A DNA stretch of 64,000 nucleotides, from the NCBI GenBank assembly GCA_951406725.2, contig OX597820.1:88164001-88228000 (forward strand). Direction: 5' to 3'. Position 1 is the stretch's first letter. Each line of letters begins with the position of its first letter. The stretch comes from Octopus vulgaris. Its lineage: Eukaryota. The notes beneath the pieces were generated by a model. It had not been told where the DNA came from and made no database searches. It saw only the letters and a program-made list of their open reading frames with translations. Below, one piece after another: positions 50,349 through 61,465 of the stretch. A program made the translations under genes and the position numbers.

Positions 50349-51682
50349 CTAAAAGAAGACAGGAGAATGTGGTGCTATGTTAAATAAGAAAACCGCATTG
50401 ACATTCTGTTAATCTAATTCGAAAAAATATTAGACTTATTAATTAGAAGAAATATTAGACTTCATCATCATCATCAACAACAACAACAGCAACAACAACA
50501 CCACCACCACCACCATTTAACATCTGTTGTCTGCTCAGCTAGGTTTAGCTTGAGTTAAATGGCAAAGATATGTAAATCTCCACTTGTCCTGTGACTGACT
50601 ACTTATGTCTGCTCAGACGAGATTGACTTGGGTTTAAAACAATAGATTCAATTGCTGTTTTATTAATTAACATTAGAAAAAGGAAAGGTAAAGTCAATGT
50701 AGGTAGAACTAAAACTCAGAACAAGTCTAGACAAAACTATTTATCGGATACTCTGTTGTTTCTTTGATTTAAGGGGTTGACTGAAGTATTGGATGGCTGG
50801 TAAATAATGCCAATTTTGAAACGAGCAATTTGAGTAGCTCAGGATGGTGCTTTAAACAGAATGTTCTTCTGACACTCTGGTGTTTTATAAGTTTTCTTCC
50901 ATGTGAAGATAACAGAGAGGTGGTAATTTTTTTTTTCAGCCCTTTTCAAGCCTAGCCAGGCTCATGGGCCCAGATTCCCGGTTCCTGTGGCGCACGTGTT
51001 CACCCCAGCAGGACGGGATGCCAGTCCATCGCAGCGTTACTCAAGAAATAGGAAGAGAGAGTGAGAGAAAGTTGTGGTGAAAGAGTACAACAGGGGGTCG
51101 CCACCACCCCCTGCTGGAGCCTCATGGAGCTTTTAGGTGTTTTCGCTCAATAAACACACACAACACCCAGTCTGGGAATCGAAACCGCGATCCTCCGACC
51201 GTGAGTTCGCTGCCCTAACCACTGGGCCATTGCGCCAATGGATAATTGCAAGGTTGAAAAGGGAATTTCAATTGTTAAAATATATTGCTTGGAAACAAGT
51301 GTGGGTTGGTAATAAGAACATCTCACAGTCGAAATCTACTTCAACAGATCCTAATGAAGTCACACACACTATGAAAATTATTAAACTACAAAAATTATGA
51401 TGGCTATTTTGAGTTGAAATGTAATAAAAAAAAAATTAAGAATGAAACAGAATATAACTGACTTTAATTTAAGTGAAAATAATTATAATTTCTCTGGGCT
51501 TAGGTATTATGGTTATGCAGCTATACAAGTGAAATAAAGCAGATTTCTAATGGCTTATTCTTCAGAAATCTTCAATGCAACCAACATTAATGTAATTTGT
51601 CTGTGTAGTAGTGATATATCAGAAAACAAAACATTGTATGAAAGTAGCTTTTAATATAGGGAAAAAAAAAACATTAACTTAC

Positions 51683-51854
51683 CTCATCTGAGAGACAGAC
51701 TGAAGTGGATGCATTCTTCAACAAAAGAGACCTCGCCATTTCTACATCAGCTGCTCTAATAGCAAAGTACAGAACTGGCCATGGGTAGTAAGCAGCATTA
51801 GGATCAGCTCCACGCTGTAGGAGTAGGTTAACGCATGTTCGGTACTTGTTGTCT
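51683..51854 (-). CDS. ANKMY1: ANKMY1 exon (DNKYRTCVNLLLQRGADPN...VLYFAIRAADVE...)
   Basis: ctcag acceptor, gtaagt donor, phase 2-0, ankyrin repeat. Confidence 0.92.
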
Positions 51855-52162
51855 CTGAGAAGATAATTATAGCCATAACCAGAAATTAAAAGCACACTTT
51901 GAAACAATGTAATACAATAATATAATCATTTCAAATTCAAGAGAAGGCTTTGGCATATGTCACTCTTTACTCTTTTACTTATTTCAGACATTTGACTGCG
52001 GCCATGCTGGAACACCGCCTTTAGTTGAGCAAATCGACCCCAGGACTTATCCTTTGTAAGCCTAGTACTTATTCTATCAATCTCTTTTGCCGAACCGCTA
52101 AGTTACAGGGACGTAAACACAAGCAATGTCGAGGGGACAAACACAGACACACAAACATATAA

Positions 52163-52217
<55 letters not shown>

Positions 52218-53444
52218 TACGATGGACTTCTTTCAGTTTCTGTCTTCCAAATCCACTCACAAGGCTTTGGTCACCCTGAGGCTATAATAGAAAACACTTG
52301 CCCAAGGTGCCACGCAGTGGGAATGAACCCAGAACCATGTGGTTGGTAAGCAAGCTACTTACCACACAGCCACCCCTGTGCCTGAAGAAATTTTTGTACT
52401 TTTTTTATTCTGGGTTGTTCTCTCTCAGGTCCAGTTAGCTTTGAATGCTCTTGTAACTCAGATTGTTTTTCTAGATAGGGGTGTTGGCCCTACACTATTT
52501 TTTACCTCTGGAGCTGGCAAGCCAGAGGATTGCACCAGGTTCCATTGTCTGCTTTGACATGATTTCTATGGCTGAATGCTCTTCCTAATGCCATCTATTT
52601 TACAAAATGTATTGGGTGCTTTTTATGTGGCACCAGCATCAGTGAGTTCCCCAAGCAACTTGCAAATTAAACTGGGATGGGGAGTAGTATTGAGGGAGGT
52701 GACTTTGTGCCAGTTAAGAGGCAAAAGTATAACAGCAAGGAATAGAAATATGTACCTAGAGCAGTTACTGGGCTGCCCCAATTGGAGAAGAAAGGAGAGA
52801 GATAGAGTTAGAGAGAATGGTAGAGAAAAAGAAAGATAGAGAGAGAGATAGAGAGAGAGAGAGGGAGAATTGTGGAGATGCTCACAAGGTAGAGTGTGGG
52901 TGAATCATTGTATCAAAATGAACATGATTTGGTCAATTAGTGATGATATCATTAAAGAAACTGACCACTCACACATCTGGCAAACAGGATCTTATCAGTA
53001 AGTTTTTTTTTCTTTGCAGTTCCTTTTTTCATGCACATACATCATCATCATCATCATCATTTAGCGTCTGCTTTCCATGCTAGCATGGGTTGGACAGTTC
53101 AACTGGGGTCTGGGAAGCCAGAAGGCTGCACCAGGCCCAGTCTGATCTGGCAATGTTTCTACGGCTGGATGCCCTTCCTAACGCCAACCACTCTGTGAGT
53201 GTAGTGGGTGCTTTTTACGTGCCACCGGCACAGGTGCCAGACGGGGCTGGCAAATGGCCATGGTCGGACGGTGCTTTTTACATGCCACTAAACTATAAAT
53301 AGAAATCTTTTACTGCAAACAAGCAGTGGTACAAACACTTGTCATGCTGCTGGACCGTCCACTCACACTTCCTTCTTAAACTAATTGTTGTGCTAAAATG
53401 ATATTCTGATGTAAATAGCTTTTCCATTGTTTGTAGTAATGACA

Positions 53445-53829
53445 GGAGGTGCAATGGCCCAGTGGTTAGGGCAGCGGACTCGCGGTCGTAGGATCACGGT
53501 TTCGATTCCCAGACCGGGCATTGGGAGTGTTTATTGAGCGAAAACTCCTAAAGCTCCATGAGGCTCCGGCAGGGATGGTGGTGATCCCTGCTGTACTCTT
53601 TCACCACAACTTTCTCTCACTCTTACTTCCTGTTTCTGTTGTACCTGTATTTCAAAGGGCCAGCCTTGTCACTCTCTGTGTCACGCTGAATATCCCTGAG
53701 AACTACGTTAAGGGTACACGTGTCTGTGGAATGCTCAGCCACTTGCACGTTAATTTCACGAGCAGGCTGTTCCGTTGATTTGGATCAACCGGAACCATCG
53801 TCGTCGTAACCGACGGAGTGCTTCCATCC
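53445..53829 (+). mobile_element. Full-length tRNA-derived SINE, family C (other copies ~12049, 15497, 38619, 45986, 48995, 50938, 59680, 60880)
   Basis: A/B boxes TGGCCCAGTGG / GTTTCGATTCC; TSD AGTAATGACA. Confidence 0.9.
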
Positions 53830-54117
53830 AGTAATGACAATATCTTTTTTCGTCAACAACGAAATAAATATTTTTGCATTTAAAATCTCAACAGATTTTT
53901 GTGTTATTTCCATTTGCTTCAATCACCCAGATCATCACACTGGTGTCACACAGAGACAGAAATATTCTTAACATTACATATCTTTCTAAATTCACAAAGA
54001 AATTCAGTTTTTTTTTTTAATGCAACAAGGACCCAATAAGATAAATGAGACCTGAGTAACAGAGTCAAATATCTATAACACCCTCCCTCACAATTTTCTG
54101 AATTTTTGTAAGTCACA

Positions 54118-54542
54118 TTATTTACATTATTTACAATTGATGGATATTTGTCCTCATCTTGTTTGTTGTAAACACAATGTTTCGGCTGATATACCCTCCA
54201 GCCTTCATCAGGTGTCTTGGGGAAATTTCGAACCTGGGTTCTCGTTCTTAAGGTATTTTTCAATGTTATAATTGTTATTATTATTCAGGTCACTGCCTGG
54301 AATTGAACTTGGAATCTTGGGGTTAGTTGCCTGCACTCTTATCCACTATGCCATATAATAATAATAATAACATCGAAAAATACCTTAGGAATGAGAACCC
54401 AGGTTTGAAATTTCCCCAAGATACCTGATGAAGGCTGGAAGGTATATTAGCTGAAATGCTGTATTAACAACAAACAAGATGAGGACAAGTATCCGTCAAA
54501 TGTAAATAATGTACATAATTCCTCATCTCTTAAATACAGAAC
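54118..54542 (-). mobile_element. Second copy of the tRNA-head/hammerhead element with a long inverted segment
   Basis: Minus copy ~54118-54355 plus inverted plus-strand part ~54356-54542; TSD-like TGTAAG(T/C)CACA; a third degenerate copy lies at ~54850-55000. Confidence 0.8.
54171..54216 (-). ncRNA. Minimal hammerhead motif (same family as 36277)
   Basis: GACAC-CTGATGA-A-GGCTG..CAGCC-GAAA-CA-TT-GTGTT on the minus strand; one stem III change. Confidence 0.7.
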
Positions 54543-55009
54543 TGTAAGCCACACATTGTATCTATGTTTTTGAAATGAATGATGGTGCAATTCTGAAGAG
54601 ATTGCTTACCAAGCTTGTACCATTTCTCATGAATTAGAGCACACAAAATCAAATATGTGAAGGATCCTTAAAGATAGATCCACTTCTTACAATTGGTTCC
54701 ACAAATCCACTTTTAACCCATTTGGCATTCAGATCACTCTGTCAAGTGTAATACTTATTTATTCACACTGTTTTGAATTAATCATATATTATCTGGGAGC
54801 TCTGAGATTTGGATGATGAGATATTGTTTATTTTCAAATAATATTATAGTGTACATTATTTACATTGTTTACATTGGACGGATATGTGTCCTTGCCTTGT
54901 TTGTTGTTACCACATTTTGGCTGATTTACTCTCCAGCCTTCATCAGGTGTCCTGGTAGAATTTTGAACCCAACCCTGGGTTCTCATCCCTAAGGTATTTT
55001 TTTTTTGCT

Positions 55010-55300
55010 GATGTCATCGTCGTCTTCGTCATCATCATCATCATATCCGTTGTCATCATCATCATCATCATATCCATCATCATCATCATTATCATCATAT
55101 CCGTCATTGTCATCATCATCATCATATCCATCATCATCGTCATCATCATATCCGTTGTCGTCGTCATCATATCTGTCATCATCATCATCATATCCATCGT
55201 CGTCGTCATCATCATCATATCTGTTGTTGTCATCATCATATCCATCGTCATCTTCATCATCATCATATCCATCGTCAGCGTCATCATCATCATCGTATCC
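55010..55300. repeat. Higher-order (TCA)n-TATCC minisatellite
   Basis: (TCA/TCG)n blocks punctuated by TATCC every ~18-30 nt. Confidence 0.9.
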
Positions 55301-55416
55301 AGCTTAAATATTATACCTGATTCATGTTCACGCCGGCCAGATCCAACCTTTCACACAACAATAACTACAGTACTACAAAGAGTTAATCTATAAGCTGTCA
55401 TATTGTTTATATCATG

Positions 55417-55770
55417 AAGGTGCATGGCTCAGTGGTTAGAGCACCAGGCTCAGAATCATGAGGTAGATTTCTGGACTGGGCTTCCAAGTTCAATTCCAGG
55501 CAGTAACATGTGTTGTGTTCTTGAGCAAGATGCATTGTTTCACATTGCTACAGTTCATTCAGCTGTAGAAATGGGCTGCAATGTCACTGGTGCCAAGCTC
55601 AGTTGGCCTTTGCCTTTCCCTTGGATAACACCGGTGATGTGGAGAGGGGAGGCTGGTATGCATGGACGATTGCTGGTCTTCTATAAACAATCTTGCATGG
55701 ACTTTTGCCTTAAAGAGAAACATTCTAGGTACAATTTCATGGTCATTCATGACCAAAGAGGGTCTATTAC
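55417..55770 (+). mobile_element. Older tRNA-derived SINE, family D (also ~16080-16420, 58480-58725, 59873-60185)
   Basis: TGGCTCAGTGG A box; TGTGTTCTTGAGCAAG core shared among copies. Confidence 0.7.
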
Positions 55771-56039
55771 CCTTTACTCTTTATAATCAAGTCAAGTCTA
55801 AAATGTGCTATCAGTTATACTTAGTGTCTACATCAATGGTTTTCATCTCTTGTCATTCAGCATCCATCACAATGTATATTGTTTAACAGAGGACACAGTT
55901 TGCATGCCTTGCAAAAAAAAAAAAAAATGTAAACAAAAAGAAAGAAAAAAAAACATACTGATTATTTTAATCAAAGCAAGCTAATTTGGCCCCAGAGAAA
56001 TTTATCCATAGTTTTTAATAGTATCTCAGCCTGCATCAG

Positions 56040-56125
56040 TCACTACCAGTAACACCATCACTGCAACCACAACTGCCACCACCATCACTGTCACCATCAT
56101 CATTACCACCACCACCACCACCACC

Positions 56126-56171
<46 letters not shown>

Positions 56172-56272
56172 CTGCAACCACCACTGTCACCACCACCACC
56201 ACCACTGCAACCACCAGCCACCACCACCACCACTAACACCATCACTGCAGCCACCAGTCACCACCACCACTA
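56040..56272. repeat. (CCA)/(CAA) compound microsatellite
   Basis: Direct reading. Confidence 0.9.
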
Positions 56273-56309
56273 CAAAGATTATAACAATAACTATAAAAAA
56301 AAAACTTAC

Positions 56310-57046
56310 TTAATATTGAATTCCTCTTTTTGTGAAACGTCTTTGAATGAAACCTTTTTGGGCAATTTTACATTACTGCCAGTATCTTTTAGTGATGCAC
56401 CTGGGACATTAAGTGTTTCTGACTTGCCCTTTTTCCCTTCCAATTTAGAAATTAAATCCTCTGCTTTAAGTTCTACATGTGCCCCTAATGCATCTTTAAC
56501 ATCTACCATTTTATTCCCTGCAAAATCAGTTTGCAAAGTTAAACTTTTGGTATTTCTCTCATCAGCTGTCTCATCATAAGCAGCTACATTTGGGGATAAT
56601 TTGTTATTGTCAGGGAGTGACTTGCGTAAATAATTAGAGTCTTTTTGTAGATAATTTGATTGTTTCGATAACAATGTACTCATTACTGCAGAGTCTTGCC
56701 ATTGGTCACCTTTGTTGTCAGCTGCTATCACTTTAGAAATAATTGTTGCAGAAGTTTGTGAAGGGATATCCACAGTGTGATCCATTGATTCAGGCCAGAA
56801 AAGAGTATCATTAATATCAAAAATATTTGAATAACACAGAGGTATGCATGGTTTCTCATTTTCTCGGCCCACACTGTAGTTTGGAAGATAGCCTACTTTA
56901 TGTATTTGGATGTTCTCCGGAAATAGGTGGGATGGGTAACAGTGAATAATCCCAACGGTGAGGGCAGAACATCCTTCATCACTAAGTTGGTTAACATTAG
57001 CACCACAGTTGAGCAGTATTTCAATGATTTCATCATTTCCTATAGA
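56310..57046 (-). CDS. ANKMY1: ANKMY1 large exon (SIGNDEIIEILLNCGANVNQLSDEGCSAL... plus poorly conserved linker)
   Basis: ttctag acceptor, gtaagt donor, 737 nt open, phase 0-2; resembles ANKMY1 LLDCGADVNKCSDEGLTAL. Confidence 0.9.
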
Positions 57047-57134
57047 CTAGAAAGAAAAAAAAGAAAGAAATAGGTGAAGGGTAAAAATTTTTCAACATGT
57101 TATCAACAATATCAAGAACAACAACAATGAATGT

Positions 57135-57535
57135 GGCGCAGGAGTGGCTGTGTGGTAAGTAGCTTGTTTACCAACCACATGGTTCCGGGTTCAGTCCCAC
57201 TGCGTGGCACCTTGGGCAAGTGTCTTCTACTATAGCCTCGGGCCGACCAAAGCCTTGTGAGTGGATTTGGTAGACGGAAACTGAAAGAAGCCCGTCGTAT
57301 ATATGTATATATATATATATATGCGTGCGTGTGTTTGTCTGTCTGTGTTTGTCCCCCTAGCATCGCTTGACAACCGATACTGGTGTGTTTATGTCCCCGT
57401 TACTTAGCGGTTCGGCAAAAGAGACCGATAGAATAAGTACTGGGCTTACAAAAGAATAAGTCCCGGGGTCGAGTTGCTCGATTAAAGGCGGTGCTCCAGC
57501 ATGGCCACAGTCAAATGACTGAAACAATTAAAAAG
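57135..57535 (+). mobile_element. tRNA-derived CORE-like SINE, family B (other copies ~8733, 15250/15871, 20959, 35725, 39285, 51963, 57790, 60581, 61990, 63180)
   Basis: tRNA head, GCACCTTGGGCAAGTGTCTT core, internal TA/TG microsatellite. Confidence 0.85.
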
Positions 57536-59294
57536 AGAGAGAATACAAGACATTAAATTTAGCCCTTTAGCATTCAAGTACACCATATCTGGCCCAAATA
57601 TTTGCTGTTTTTATGTTCAAACTGGTCAAAGCTAGCCTCTCATACTTACACTACAATGTCACTCTAACTATAAACAATCACCTCATCAAAATCTCGAAGC
57701 TATGAGATAATGCATAATCAATTCACAATAATGTGGATAAATAAGCATTATAGTTGATGGATTAATCTGAATGCTAAAGGGTTAAACATCTTACTCTTTT
57801 ACCCTTAAACTTGTTTCAGTCATTTGACTGTGGCCATGCTGGAGCACCGCGACCTCAGGACTTATTCTTTGTAAGCCTAGTACTTATTCTATCAGTCTCT
57901 TTTGCCGAACTGCTAAGTTACGGGGATGTAAACACACCAGCATCGGTTGCCAAGCAATGTTGTGGGGACAAACATAGACACACAAACATATACACACACA
58001 TACATACATATATATATATATACACATATATACGACGGGCTTCTTTCAGTTTCTGTCTACCAAATCCACTCACAAGGCTTTGGTCGGCCCGAGGCTATAG
58101 TAGAAGACACTTACCCTAGGTGCCACACCGTAGGACTGAACCCAGAACCATGTGGTTGGTAAGCAAGCTACTTACCTCACAGCCATCTTACTGCATTTTA
58201 AATAGTTCCCCAAAATTTCAATTACTTGATCTGGTAGGAGTTACCTTCCTTTTTTTAGTGTTTTAAGATTTTGAGTACCCCAGAGAAAATTTTCGTCTAT
58301 GATGGCAGTTTCTTCATGTCAGAAGATCATGACAGAGAGTGGCACACTCTCAAATGGCTATGTAAACCGAACTTTGAAGTTGCAGAGCTTTTTTTCCAGT
58401 CTTTGTTTAGCAGTTTTAAAGTGAGAGTCAGTCTATGCAATTCAGAAACTCATTAAACTTATAAAAAGGTAAAAGTAAAGTTACTTCTTGAGTCATGCTA
58501 ACTCATAAGAGCCAGTTTCCTGGTTTCCTGGGTTATATATTCCCCATCTAGATGGGACACTGGTCTGTCACAGGATTACTAATTTTTGCCAGCTGAGTGG
58601 ACTGGAGCAACATGAAATGAAGTGTTTTGCTCGAGAACACAACATGTTACCAGGTTTAGAAATCGAAACAACAATCTTATAATCATGAGTCCAACACCCT
58701 AACCACAAAGCCATGCACCTCCACTCTTTAAATTTAGAGGTCTGATGACAGTAGCTCAGAGGACTAGGATGGCTGTGGTGATCAGCAAGCTCTCAGTCTT
58801 TCATTGGAATGGCCTTCTCCAAGACAAATTGCTTTATAGGGCTGAAGAGCTTCACCTTGCTTGGAGTTGTCAGAAAGGCATTAAGGAGGGCACCAAACCA
58901 CCCAAAGGACTTTGTTCTTTGATTTGTTGTCAAGGTCAATACTCTGAACCTTTTCCTTTCCCAAGGCATTCACAAGACAGTAAGAGTTTATGCTGTAAAG
59001 GTTAAATAACATCCTACTTAACAAGAGCAGGGACCCTAACCCTAACCCAATAAGGTGCTACAACTCTGAGTCAAAATAGACTTGAGAACAATAATAGCTA
59101 AGTAGTTCAACACTTTCTAAAACCCTGGAATTCCTGCATCAGGATCCTACTTCTGGATGTAGTTCAAAATAAAACCTAGGACACATGAACTAGTAATCTC
59201 AATTAATTGATCACAGAAGTGAAATCCTACCATATTTCAAATATGAATCAGAAGCAGCATGAGGTATATAAACTACACTGAACATACATACAGA

Positions 59295-59614
59295 AGATTC
59301 GAACCCGTGATCCCTTGACCGTGAGTCTGCTGCTCTAACCACTTGGCCATGTGCCTCCACACATATAAAAAATGAGCATTGCTTGTTTGTTTTATCAAAA
59401 CAAAAATTCATCTTCAGAAAATTAGTCATATAAGACTTACTGTAGCTATTATCAGAGAATGTATACCATATCTGTCACTAACATCTGGGCTTACAATATT
59501 TTCTTCTAAGATTGCTTCAACAAGTTCGTGATCTCCTGCAAATGCACTTTTTAGCAATGTCTCAGAACTCCTCTCCATTATACCCTTTGCCAAGAATTTC
59601 TCTCGATCGTAATG
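59295..59614 (-). pseudogene. Partial duplicate of ANKMY1 exon 61265-61465 with downstream intron
   Basis: 320-bp copy of 61119-61438 with 5 differences; lacks the acceptor and the first 27 nt of the exon. Confidence 0.9.
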
Positions 59615-61264
59615 TGTTTCACTAGTTTGTGGGTAGGTTACACTTATAGAGAATATGTTCTCTATATATAAAGGGTATCTTTCCTCCTGCATCTTGCAGC
59701 TCACCTGCGACGGACTGGTGTCCCGTCCAGGTGGGGAACCTATACGCCAAGGAAACCGGGAAAACTGGCCCTATGAGCTAGGCATGGCTCGAGAAGGAAC
59801 AAACAACAACAATATAAAGAGTATATTCTTAACAATTCACCTGGTATTAAAACACCTGGAATTCATAGACAAAGCATATGGCTGAGTAGTTAGAGTGTCA
59901 GGCTCACAATCATGAGGTTGTGAGTTCAATTCCTGGACTGGGCTCTGTGTTGTGTTCTTGAGCAAGATGCTTTATTTCACGTTGCTACATTTTACTCAGC
60001 TACTGGTGCCAAGTTTTATCAACCTTTGCCTTTCCCATGAATAATATCGGTGGTGTGGAGAGGATAGGATGGTATGCATGGGTGACTGATGATTTTCCCT
60101 AAAAACCTTGTCTGGACCTTTGCTTCAGAGGGGAACTTTCTAGGTGCAACCCATGGTCATTCATGACCAAAGGGGTTCTTTACCTTTTGACCCATAGACA
60201 AGTGAGATAACTTGCACCTGGTTCCATTCAGGAGTGATACATCAATATTTCATCATTTTTGTTATTTGTCAATACTGCGTACCCAAAACAAGACCCAAAG
60301 TAAGTTAAATCGCTATCACTGTATGCAAAATGATGTAAGAACCATCTGCTGGTATATCCCAATGTTTCATACCAATGAAAAATTTCAAATACGAATTAGA
60401 AGTCGCTCAGAGTATACAAACTATATCGAACATACAGACACAAGATATCTGCTTTGCTGATTTGTGGGTAGGCTGCACTTGTAGGTGTAAGAAAATATAT
60501 TCTCATCAATTTGCCTGGTGTTAAAACATCTAGAAGTCATAGACAAACAAGATAACTCACACCTGGTCTCATATGTATATGGTGTGGCTGTGTGGTAAGA
60601 AGCCTGCTTCCCAACCACATGGTCCTAGGTTCAATCACACTGTGTAGCACCTTGTAAGTGGATTTGGTAGATGTAAACTGAAAGGAGCTCAACATGTTTG
60701 TGTGAGTGTGTGTGTGTGTTTGTGTCTGTTTGTCTCCCACCACTGCTTGACAACCAGTGTTGGTGTGTTTACATCCCTGTAACTAGGTGGTTTGGCTGAA
60801 GAGACCAATGGAATAAGTACATGTCAGAGAAATGATAAGTATTTCATTGGCCTTTAGAAAAAGCTACATATAATAAATTTTTGTTGTTGTTCCTTCTCGA
60901 GTCATGCCTGGCTCATAAGGGCCAGTTTCCCGGTTTCTTTGGCATATAGGTTCCCCACTTGGACGGGACGCCGGTTCGTCACAGGTGAGCTGCAAGATGC
61001 AGGGGGAAAGAGTGAGAGAAAGTTGTGGCGAAAGAGTCAGTAGAAGTTCGCCATTACCTTCTGCTGGAGCCGTGTGGAGCTTAGGTGTCTTGTTCATAAA
61101 CACACATCGCCCAGTTTGAGATTCGAACCCGTGATCCCTTGACCGTGAGTCTGCTGCTCTAACCACTTGGCCATGTGCCTTCACACATATAAAAAATGAG
61201 CATTGCTTGTTTGTTTTATCAAAACAAAAATTCATCTTCAGAAAATTAGTCATATAAGACTTAC

Positions 61265-61465
61265 TGTAGCTATTATCAGAGAATGTATACCATATCTGTC
61301 ACTAACATCTGGGCTTACAATATTTTCTTCTAAGATTGCTTCAACCAGTTCGTGATCTCCTGCAAATGCACTTTTTAGCAATGTCTCAGAACTCTTCTCC
61401 ATTATGCCCTTTGCCAAGAATTTCTCTCGATCATAATGAAATATGGCATTAACTTTTATCAGATC
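61265..61465 (-). CDS. ANKMY1: ANKMY1 exon (DLIKVNAIFHYDREKFLAKG...DVSDRYGIHSLIIAT)
   Basis: tttcag acceptor, gtaagt donor, 201 nt phase 0-0; first ankyrin repeat seen in the window. Confidence 0.88.

Noticed and set aside
53445-53520. tRNA gene-like sequences at SINE heads
   Set aside because: They continue into SINE bodies with TSDs and lack a complete cloverleaf.
54943-55307. Met-rich and Ser-rich ORFs; also poly-Ile, YIYI and NNN ORFs elsewhere
   Set aside because: These are translations of microsatellites.
59033-59048. Telomere-like CCCTAA repeat
   Set aside because: Only about 2.5 units, which is expected by chance.
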